Shown here: one piece after another, positions 11,201-19,300 of the stretch | How the letters are laid out: each line of letters begins with the position of its first letter | Numbering within the stretch: the first letter of the stretch is position 1 | DNA from: Tetramitus jugosus | Taxonomy: Eukaryota; Protista; Heterolobosea | Assembly (NCBI GenBank): GCA_937625935.1 | Contig: OW569393.1 | Location: forward strand, 62,001 to 126,000 | Length of the DNA stretch: 64,000 bases | Reading direction: 5' to 3' | Program-made: the position numbers and the translations under genes | Notes under the pieces: model-generated | Told to the model about the DNA's origin: nothing | The model's input: only the letters and a program-made list of their open reading frames with translations | The model's database searches: none

Positions 11201-12247
11201 AAGTTGATTAATCAACCACTGGAGAATGATGCTGTTGATGGACGAAAACCAAGAAATGCTGCTATGATTGCGTGTCATCTCGGCATCTATGAAAGATTTG
11301 CAATTCTTTGGCCATATACTCAAGCTGTTGCAGAACAGTTTGATTGTCCAGCACAAATTGCTCTAGATAACAATGATCACCAATTCGCATTGTATTCTGT
11401 CCTCCATCATGCGATACTTCCAACCAAGGATCAATTACATAGGATAATTCGGAAGTGTTTGTCTCAACGGAGCTTGACTCCAGAAGTGTATGAGACTAAG
11501 TTTGTGACTTTGATGATGCAGACTGAAGAGAAACAAACAAAGCCATCGTGGCTTGAGATGTTGACACAAACACCATCAGACGCAGTTGATTCTGAAGAAC
11601 ACTACAGACTAAAGGGTTTGAGCACATTGCAATTAATGGTATTAGAGCTAGCTAATTACATGTTCGGTTGGCTTGTTCGTCACTACCGTGATGATCCATT
11701 GTTGAATCGTGCTGTGAGGACTATTGATATCAGAACAGGAGATACTCTCTTGCACATATTAACAAGCTCCACAAAATCAAGGGCTAGCATTGAGTTGTCT
11801 TCTATTCTATCCTCGATTGTAAACCAATTTACGTCGGATGGCGCCCCAATTGACAAAGCACAAAAATTCTCCAAACGAACAAAGGTTAAGCTCCCCTCTA
11901 TTGAGCACTTAAACACGAAAGAATTGACAGAATTCGTGAATATCCAGAACAAGTTTGGTCGAACTTGTCTCCATAATGTCTCGGCGAACTCTTTGTCACC
12001 TATTCTGCAGGATCTGCTCGTGCTTGGAGCCAACACTGAACTCAGGGACTCCCAGGGCAAAACACCTCAAGAGCTCATCACCAAGGAATCATTGACCGAC
12101 ATTATTACAAAATTTTTGAACAAGCGAGATGGTAAGAAGCCACAAAAGAGAAAGCAGGAGTACACAGTATATGACACTGAGGACGACGAAGAACATTCTT
12201 CGTCAACCAAGAAACCAAGAAAAAAAAGAAAGACAACCAAGAAATAA
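8258..12247 (+). CDS. F-box / LRR-like / ankyrin-repeat protein (dispersed member of the family at 50872-57692)
   Basis: F-box-like IPRELFHLIMQFVPAFPFYFMLRSVCSQW. LRR-like FPNVKHLKL and LTQIETLDI. Ankyrin motifs GNNVLHSAC, GQTPLEL, GRTCLH and GKTPQEL. Basic C-terminus resembling a nuclear localisation signal. Confidence 0.85.
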   Translation: MLSKAAVLGKNFKQDFTENEDDSDVPMTTETQVVGTTAVVDGDASGNVVQDNTSVTVEGGNDEEGANFHVFWQRDPERERDKILGFFVMDGQPIPRELFHLIMQFVPAFPFYFMLRSVCSQWLYEFQEQIYGNVTFLSLVDDGRPKYYFRDNGQTLVQFKPIGASGKKFSLDQAGQAQYYNRTPVFKFLANVFPNVKHLKLGLGSFTNRYDLTACFQSLVAKLTQIETLDILGATLTRSPTLNRRHWKYGSPLSVSELEVIARSLSSSLKSLNFVGVSLSTRSIDALKLFSEKGRTGTSVSNSQFSTALITVDIQRLTLHSIFLLQHSPYMNSSSFEWDRIKEVYTDFELTVVESDDNTLIQQATTVSYVDYLNYMSKKEGIFLACIGTHLRTDTDEAVEAIIDTAVREYPSFQPLLSLPGKVFQLVSQVKLNGPFIASHVHTAMKALELLTDPIRMKYPELVMDINSKFNWYANSPPTTLLGILIPIEGAVELLPAIIETYKPSLTVNGTRNYLVEIFTNASHLRRHLMDYFLSLEPELIVLGDTDGTINNEEKKLPLIQLFLSRDGLDYTLDDIKYLVRVGASLTHVDKFGNNVLHSACLTLDVDLVQYLLSVCPESMFFERNTEGQTPLELIFSPNKKGILLHTFLEAASKWPIFQDRKLSSYKTSCGNLLHSALVNPSVATIQWLLAHDFEANALNDREENALFYSRTESKKQIHSYRSQYRTYDTMVSLDHYIDPYAEELIKAGAKVDLENIDGRTIVTSALRNSNYQLINYIIRNPDISSKPLAVLLGPRMQHGFNALHFVFKTMVDIADPMKGMNKKQKAFTVGNYPIARHCALLCLEHYPEMLYERSELSDEEDLKGICGLSPLQILLEASKGLPLLNDLSINLRDIANKPVFASKDPNVIAPIPVLYLALEVALDIPMFDRLMTYTDNVLIRDETQETKPNLLHIAAERDASLCQCIIRHWKKKFKVKEELLKLINQPLENDAVDGRKPRNAAMIACHLGIYERFAILWPYTQAVAEQFDCPAQIALDNNDHQFALYSVLHHAILPTKDQLHRIIRKCLSQRSLTPEVYETKFVTLMMQTEEKQTKPSWLEMLTQTPSDAVDSEEHYRLKGLSTLQLMVLELANYMFGWLVRHYRDDPLLNRAVRTIDIRTGDTLLHILTSSTKSRASIELSSILSSIVNQFTSDGAPIDKAQKFSKRTKVKLPSIEHLNTKELTEFVNIQNKFGRTCLHNVSANSLSPILQDLLVLGANTELRDSQGKTPQELITKESLTDIITKFLNKRDGKKPQKRKQEYTVYDTEDDEEHSSSTKKPRKKRKTTKK

Positions 12248-12396
12248 AGGACTTCGCAGGTCAGGGAGATTTTTTGAGGGCATGATCTATTTCAATCAAC
12301 GATCCACAACAGGTTCTAATTTTACATTGACATTCAAATACCTGAATCCCTTCAAACCAAAGAAAGAAAAAGTCAAGACACGGACAGTTTTGTAAA

Positions 12397-14247
12397 ATGA
12401 CTTCTCAGGACCAAAGACGTAACATTCTGATCTACAACACAGGAGGTACTCTCTCATGCGACTATGATGATGACGGTGAAAAGCTTGTTGTGAAACAAGG
12501 AGTGATAGAGAAATGGATACAGGATCACAAACTGCTTGCTCAGTTCACAAATGAATTCAATTTTGATTTCATTGAGAGTGAACCTTCGTTTGACTCTTCG
12601 CAATCATGTGTGCTCACTTGGAATCGATTGATCACTGAGATACAGAATCAACTATTGAACAAGATTCTATTAGCAGAGGAGAATGTAATCAAACAAAAGG
12701 AGGCTCCTATTAATCATTCTTCAATTGAGCAAGTTGGACTAGCAAGAAAACTTGCAACGAGTATTGAGCAATTCATTACCACTCAATCACAAAAAACTGA
12801 AATGGTTGAGAATGAAGAAGATTATGAGAGAAAAGCAGATATGATTGAAGATTTACAACAATTGGATCAAGATATTCGAAGCAGGTTGTTAGAATTGAAA
12901 GAGATTCTGAGAAGCATTGCAGATGAGTTCAATTTAGAAGAGATTGAAGAGTTGAGGAGACAATCATACTCTGCTTGTGTAATTATTCATGGTACTGACA
13001 CGTTGGCATACTCTGGAAGTGTTTTGAGCTTTGGTATCGTTCATGCTGATATCCCGTTTGTTCTTACAGGTTCCCAGTTCCCTATGGTATTTCCAAATTC
13101 TGACGCACCTGGTAATCTCTATGGATCTGTACTTTCTTCTGTAGAGATGGTGAAAAGAGGTGTGGAAGGCAAATTTGTGTTCTTTGATAAGTATCTGATG
13201 AGAGCTACCAGAGTTAGAAAGGTGCACACCAACAGTGTAGATGCATTCGAGTCGGTTAATTGCCCACCTGTGGGGCAGGTTCAAGGAAATCAAGTCCAAC
13301 TGCTTGAGAACTATTTCAGAGGCCTTCAAGTGAAGAATTTGAGATACTTTCCTGTTCCCCACATCATGAAATTCTCTCCATCTGCCCAATTACTCAGAAT
13401 TCACCCATTATTCGATATCCAAGATTTTAGATCGATCACACGAAGAGAGTTGTCAAGAGTCATCATCTTGCAGACTTATGGGGCAGGGAATGTTCATAGA
13501 GACATTGCCAAAGAGATTGACTCTGATCGCAACAACATTTACTTTTCTTGCAGTGAGTGCTACAATGGAAGATGTGAAGATAAGTACGCATCCGCAGTTG
13601 ACAGTTCGAATTGTATCTCACTTCATGACATGACACCAGAAGCTGCGTTGGTGAAAGCTTCCTTCTTGATGGCAAAACCACTGGCCAGTCCATGTCACAG
13701 CTGGAATGATGATACAACACATGAACAACTGAGGATCATTCTCAAGGAGAAAATTCCATACTTAATGGAATCAACCTTGCGAGCTCAAATATTTATTGGT
13801 GATAATGGATCGATAAATACCCAGTTAGTTGAAGCAATTGAAAAAGTGATTAGTGAAGTTCGTCATATTCAGCATGACGAAGTGGAACACTTGATCGATC
13901 GCGCAGACACTTGCAGTGAATTTGTGAAGACTGCTTTGTACAGACTGAGCAAACAACAGACAGAAACATTCAAAGAGAGTGTGCTTGGGAAAGTAGTAAC
14001 AGCTGCTGCAGAGGTGGACGATTTTATGATGCACTGCGCACCACTCCCAAAAGCACTGAAAGAATTTCTCGAGCCATCTGTGACAAAATCCCTGATGGAA
14101 ATGTATCAGAATGACCACTCGGAACACTTGAAGAAGATTACAAAGAGACATATTTATCAGATTGAAATGGGAGTCTCAGTGGTTGGTGAAATTATCAATT
14201 TGGAGAGTAGAAAATCTTTGGATGGACATTTACATGCAAACTTTTGA
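12397..14247 (+). CDS. Type I L-asparaginase-like protein with helical insertion and C-terminal extension
   Basis: IYNTGGTLS, DSSQ, HGTDT, LTGSQ, RVRKVHT...DAFES, YGAGN and DMTPEAALVK motifs. Confidence 0.88.
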   Translation: MTSQDQRRNILIYNTGGTLSCDYDDDGEKLVVKQGVIEKWIQDHKLLAQFTNEFNFDFIESEPSFDSSQSCVLTWNRLITEIQNQLLNKILLAEENVIKQKEAPINHSSIEQVGLARKLATSIEQFITTQSQKTEMVENEEDYERKADMIEDLQQLDQDIRSRLLELKEILRSIADEFNLEEIEELRRQSYSACVIIHGTDTLAYSGSVLSFGIVHADIPFVLTGSQFPMVFPNSDAPGNLYGSVLSSVEMVKRGVEGKFVFFDKYLMRATRVRKVHTNSVDAFESVNCPPVGQVQGNQVQLLENYFRGLQVKNLRYFPVPHIMKFSPSAQLLRIHPLFDIQDFRSITRRELSRVIILQTYGAGNVHRDIAKEIDSDRNNIYFSCSECYNGRCEDKYASAVDSSNCISLHDMTPEAALVKASFLMAKPLASPCHSWNDDTTHEQLRIILKEKIPYLMESTLRAQIFIGDNGSINTQLVEAIEKVISEVRHIQHDEVEHLIDRADTCSEFVKTALYRLSKQQTETFKESVLGKVVTAAAEVDDFMMHCAPLPKALKEFLEPSVTKSLMEMYQNDHSEHLKKITKRHIYQIEMGVSVVGEIINLESRKSLDGHLHANF

Positions 14248-14374
14248 TTCACACATTCTTTATTGGCTCTACACAATGAAACAATCGCTCAAACGATCTA
14301 ATTGTGAACGGGAAAGGACAGCAACAGACAACATTACAAAAATATAATTACAAAACATTTTTATTTCATGGTGG

Positions 14375-14641
14375 TTAATCTTGTTCTTCCTCTTGCTGTT
14401 CCTTGGCATGCTTTTGTTCATTATAAACAAAGTAACCAATCACCCCAACAAACAACCCTGTGCCCACAAACGTAAACACTTTCATCACAGGATTCTGATG
14501 AGAAGCAAACAGTTCAAAGTTCATCATTCGAAAGAACGTAGTGGACCTTCTTGGCTCAAAAACTTGCTGCTGCGAGACTTGTGCAGAGGAGGATGACGAC
14601 GTCGTCTTCATCATGTTTACAGGTGGTTGTTCTTGGCTCAT
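14375..14641 (-). CDS. Small integral membrane protein, SMIM8 (DUF4500)-like
   Basis: FRMMNFELF...NPVM followed by one TM helix ending IGY, resembling SMIM8 (FRAVNPELFIKPNKPVM...YIGY, recalled from memory). Start taken at MSQEQ. Confidence 0.65.
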   Translation of the reverse strand: MSQEQPPVNMMKTTSSSSSAQVSQQQVFEPRRSTTFFRMMNFELFASHQNPVMKVFTFVGTGLFVGVIGYFVYNEQKHAKEQQEEEQD

Positions 14642-14823
14642 TTCAAATGAAAGCTTCAAATATGCTTTTTGTTCAATCGGACTTTCTGGAACGGAAAAGT
14701 TTTAGCAGGAAGAATATCCAGAAATCCACGATTGAGGGGCAGAGTTCTTTGTGATTGAATACAACATAATCCACTTCTAGTTAATATAGAGGATTTGGAA
14801 TTGAGGTGGGATAACATGAATAT

Positions 14824-15510
14824 TTATTGTGCACGTTTTTGCCAGATGGCAGTGTATTCAACTCTCTGCTCTGGCGATTTCAGCGGATGTCCTTGGTAGA
14901 CACACTCGAATCCAACCTTTTCCAACAGTTCCTTTGCCAAATCAAAAGAAATGAGGAACGGTGGACCCAATAGCTCTTGTCCTGCCTGTTTCTTAAGCGG
15001 GAAAATAAAAGTAACCAGTTTGCCGCCAGGCTGAATGAGTCTTGCGTACGATTGAGCCCACTGTTCTCTGTCTGTCGGATTCATCGCACACAAGAACGTA
15101 TAATCAAAACAAAGGTCATACAATCCATCGGCAGGACTGTAGTCAAAGAAATTTCCGACCACAAATTCCGAGATGGAACGGTAAGGTTCACCTTGTTGCT
15201 CCGCCAATTGTTCCGCACGCTTCATCGCTGTAGGCGCCATGTCCAAACCGGTCACTTTTTCGATACCGGGGACCTCACACAGCGTGAACACATCGTAGCC
15301 GCTGCCGCAACCAGCGACGAGCGCTCGCTTGAAATTTGAGCCTCCACCAGTGCCGCCAGACTTGTACAGCTCACTAGAATGATCGGAAACGAGTCTATTG
15401 AGCTCTGGATGTCTCTCACCTAGATCCCAAAATGTAGCTCCTGTTTGCCAATTCTTCTCCCATCGATCCATGTAATTTTCAAAGTGTTCTTGTGGTTGTT
15501 GTGTTGCCAT
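14824..15510 (-). CDS. SAM-dependent thiol/halide methyltransferase (TPMT/HOL family)
   Basis: WDLG, ALVAGCGSGYDV, DYTFLCAM, GGKLVTFIFPL and GPPF motifs. Confidence 0.9.
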   Translation of the reverse strand: MATQQPQEHFENYMDRWEKNWQTGATFWDLGERHPELNRLVSDHSSELYKSGGTGGGSNFKRALVAGCGSGYDVFTLCEVPGIEKVTGLDMAPTAMKRAEQLAEQQGEPYRSISEFVVGNFFDYSPADGLYDLCFDYTFLCAMNPTDREQWAQSYARLIQPGGKLVTFIFPLKKQAGQELLGPPFLISFDLAKELLEKVGFECVYQGHPLKSPEQRVEYTAIWQKRAQ

Positions 15511-15780
15511 GTTGGTGTTGTTCCTTCTTGAGCTTGTTGTTTTTTGTGGTTGGGTGGATCAGATGATTCTTTGGTTTTAAATGGAATCACCTGCGGGCAA
15601 TCGGATCATCAATGAGTGCGCAGTTCGAATTTGTGCTGCGGAGTGCAATTGACCAAGTTGATTGTTGAAAAAAATTTGAAGGAGTTAGTGTAGGCCATAT
15701 TTAATTGGGTCCCACGTGAAGAGTGACATCGCTGTGTTATCAAGAAATTTCTCTTTATTGTCACATTTATAATAAAGAGA

Positions 15781-16101
15781 TCAATGCTCCTCAATGAAAA
15801 CAAATTCCCCGAGTTTCTCCTCAATGTTGTAAACCTTTTTGATTGCACTGTCAGTGGAAGTATCCGACATCATGAGGGTTGCTCTCATTGGATAAGAGAG
15901 AACTTGAATCTGTGTGATCGGTGCAGTGTTATAAGAGTCACCAATGTATTCATAACCCAATATTCCCACAGTGTCTTCTTCTCCCTGGGGCCCGATCGAT
16001 AGGGATCGAAGTCTTCCTGCAGAGGAACGATCGTCATACTTGACTAGAATGGTGGCTTCTCTATCCGTGTGGTTGTGGAATTCTATGCTTGAAAATGGCA
16101 T
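15781..16101 (-). CDS. Hypothetical small protein (106 aa)
   Basis: Globular-looking ORF MPFSSIEFHNHTDRE...FVFIEEH, filling the gap between two minus-strand genes. No motif recognised. Confidence 0.5.
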   Translation of the reverse strand: MPFSSIEFHNHTDREATILVKYDDRSSAGRLRSLSIGPQGEEDTVGILGYEYIGDSYNTAPITQIQVLSYPMRATLMMSDTSTDSAIKKVYNIEEKLGEFVFIEEH

Positions 16102-16342
16102 CTTTGGGATCCAATCAAGTTGTTTTTCCTTGGTTGAGTGTGAAAGGTTTGTGAGGAACTGCGATCTGATCGTTCTGAAAAGAAAAACTATTTCAATCCT
16201 CATCAGTGGTATTCCTGGGTTGGAATGGAGGACGAACAACGCTTGTCTACACAGCCAAACTTCTACATGTCTTTCCAATTGGAGATGTCCAAAAATTGTG
16301 TTGTAAAATTGAGCCCACCTTTCAAGAGTTAATGTATTTTAT

Positions 16343-19300
16343 TTACCTAATTTGAGGAATGTGAATTCGATCAGGGTTGTAAAAATTCTCTTGGTGGTCG
16401 CTCCACTGGCTGTCGGATGGTGTTTCTAGGTCGATAGGAAGAATGCCGACAAAGTCACGCAGATGGACAGCTGTTGGTTCAAGTACAGTCACACTCTTTG
16501 CCTTCCTTCTCTTGAACGCCAGTATGAGCACAATTAGGACCAACACGCAACAAATGGCTGCAATAGAACCAAATAGTACGGCTAAAATTGTGATAACTTT
16601 CGATTCTCTGCTCATGTTCATTGTAGACTCCTCTTTCTCAAAGTGAATCAGATTGTAAGAGTGAAGGGTTCTCTCTTTTGTTGCGGCATGGATTCGTCGG
16701 GCTGCTGTTTGAGCTACCTTGGATTGGATGTGGACGTAGCACAAGAGAGGCACACCTTGCACAACAAAATTACCGAGAGGTGAAGCACTAAAGGATATAC
16801 CTGCTCTCTCATTGTCATTAAAATTGAGAACCTGTGGAGCAAATGCGCTCTGAGACATCTCAGAATTGATCACTAATTGTTCCCATACTATCATTGAGGT
16901 GTTGCGCACTGTGCAACCTAGTAGACCAAGAGCTGGATCATATTGTGGCATTGGAGCATTGCTGTCATTCATACAACAAAGGAAAGCATTATTGATTGTA
17001 ATGTGAAGTGTTTCAGGCAGACCCACTCCACTTTGCGATTCCAAAGAAACAACAAGGTTTGGTTTCTCACTTGTGGCAAATACGGAATTCTCAGTCATTC
17101 CCTTCTTGTAGAATGTTGTCTTCGTAAATAGTGTTTCAATGATCGTGGGAGGAGGTATAGGTAGCTTATATCTTAACTTCAGAGGTATTTGAACTGGTAT
17201 TGCTTCAGATCCATGATCAGAAACTCTCAATCGGAACAAGTAAGTTGCTGTGTAATCGTCAGATTCAAAAGTGGAGAGAACCTCTACAGAAAACTCGTTC
17301 TTTGCAGATGGGAGCTTGGTGATTGTGAACGAGGGATTTTCGATAGGAAGTGAAGTGATCTCTTCTATCATCATGCCTTCCTCCAATAGAAGACTGAATT
17401 TCACATATAATCGACTATTTCTAATGGAGATAACTTCTTGTCTTAAGATAATTGCTAAATCAGAGCTATCAATAGTAATGAGAGAGGAACTTCCGCCATC
17501 TAGCATTAGTTGCACAGTTTGGACAAGCTGATAGTTTTCAATTCTACAGACTCCATAGTTCAAGGACGAGCTGAGAACATACGCTATATTCACTGGGAAC
17601 TTAGCAGTCCAGAATAATCCGCTCGGATCAAGGATAGTTTCTGTGGACGGATCTAATAGAATCTCTGTCACATTTCTCTTGATCGTTAAGCTCGTTGAAC
17701 ATAAATCGGTCATCGAATCAAACATCAAGTGATGGTCATTAAGTGCATTACAATTGGTAAGCTCAGCAGTTCCAACATAAACTGAGATGTTAGATGCGGA
17801 GATTGCATTGGGAATTACAACCACCATACCTAAAATTTCATTATCGTAGAATATTTCGCTCAGTTCAGGTGATTCTGACAACAACTGATAACCACATTCG
17901 CTCTTCTCTCTTGCTTGACAAGTTGTACCTGTCCAACCCGGCGCGCACATGTCACATTGATCAGAAGCAGAACATGATTCACAATTTTCAAGGCAGGAAT
18001 TCTCGCATTGAGAACCATATCGACCAGCCACACAAACCGAACAGTTTGTGAGGTATTCACAGCTCGAGCAATTAGGCATACAAATAGGAACGGAGCAAGA
18101 AGGTCCAGACCAACCTTCATTGCACTTCGAGCATAGATCTGGACCCAAACACTTTTGGCACCCAGAAGGACACACTGAATCACATGAATCACCATATAAC
18201 CCTGCCTCACATTCTAAACAGCGATCAGGTGAATTACATGATAGACAACCGATGGGGCAGTTTTGAGCAGTACAATTAGAACCTGACCAACCCAAAGCGC
18301 ATACCTCACACACTCCAGTGTCAGAGCATTTTTCACAGTTCAAAGGACAAGGCACAGCACAATTTAAATCAACTCCATAGTACCCATCGGAGCACTTGGT
18401 ACATAAAAAGGGTGTTGTGCAGCTAGAACAATTTGATGGACATATTGGATCACACTTGGGACCTGCATAACCCTCCTGACAAACGCACGTATCAAAATCA
18501 ACACATGCTCCATTTCTGGAGCAAACGGATACGTTGCCACTTCGAACACCAAAGCAAGTGAATTCGTCACAGTTCGCTCCCACCCACGGCTGCTCACAGG
18601 TGCACTTACCAACCTCTGTACAGTTTCCACGACCAGAGCAAACTCGGGGATCGATATCCATCATATTAGAGCAAACTCTCCTTTCTATCATGAACATTGC
18701 TTTAGGAGTCATGAAAAACTCCATTGGCTGGGTGTATGTCGTAACAGCGCCCGTGAATCTAGAATAAGAGGTACTACCGAAAGTTAATCCTCTTCCTGAG
18801 TGCGTTGTGAAAACCACAGCGCCATTAGAGTAAGACATTCTCAAAATTCTTTCGTTGTTCCATACGCCGGAATTGAAAAGTCGAGGATATAAACCAGTTC
18901 CAGAAAAAGCAGGCCCAGACGCTCCACTCACATAGACTAATCCTTCACTATCTAAGAACAGAGAAAATGATACCGAAGTAAGGACCTGTACGAGTTTGGC
19001 ATTGGCCATATATGGTCCTTTGTCCAATTTCACAGGAGTATACTGATACCCTGAAGAACTATATCCGTAATATCCCCGTTGTATATCTCCAAAACCATAA
19101 ATGTCATTATTTAACATTATGCAAATCACATGTGCCGTACCTTGAGGATCACAACTACAGGTAAGGACGTTGGATAAAATTGGCCTGTAGTCATTTATAA
19201 TGGCGTTCAAATTCCCCAAACTAAGGACTCCAAGCCTATCAAATCCAAGACCGTAGAGAGTATGATTACTGATAATAAAAGAGTACTCATTTCCAATAAT

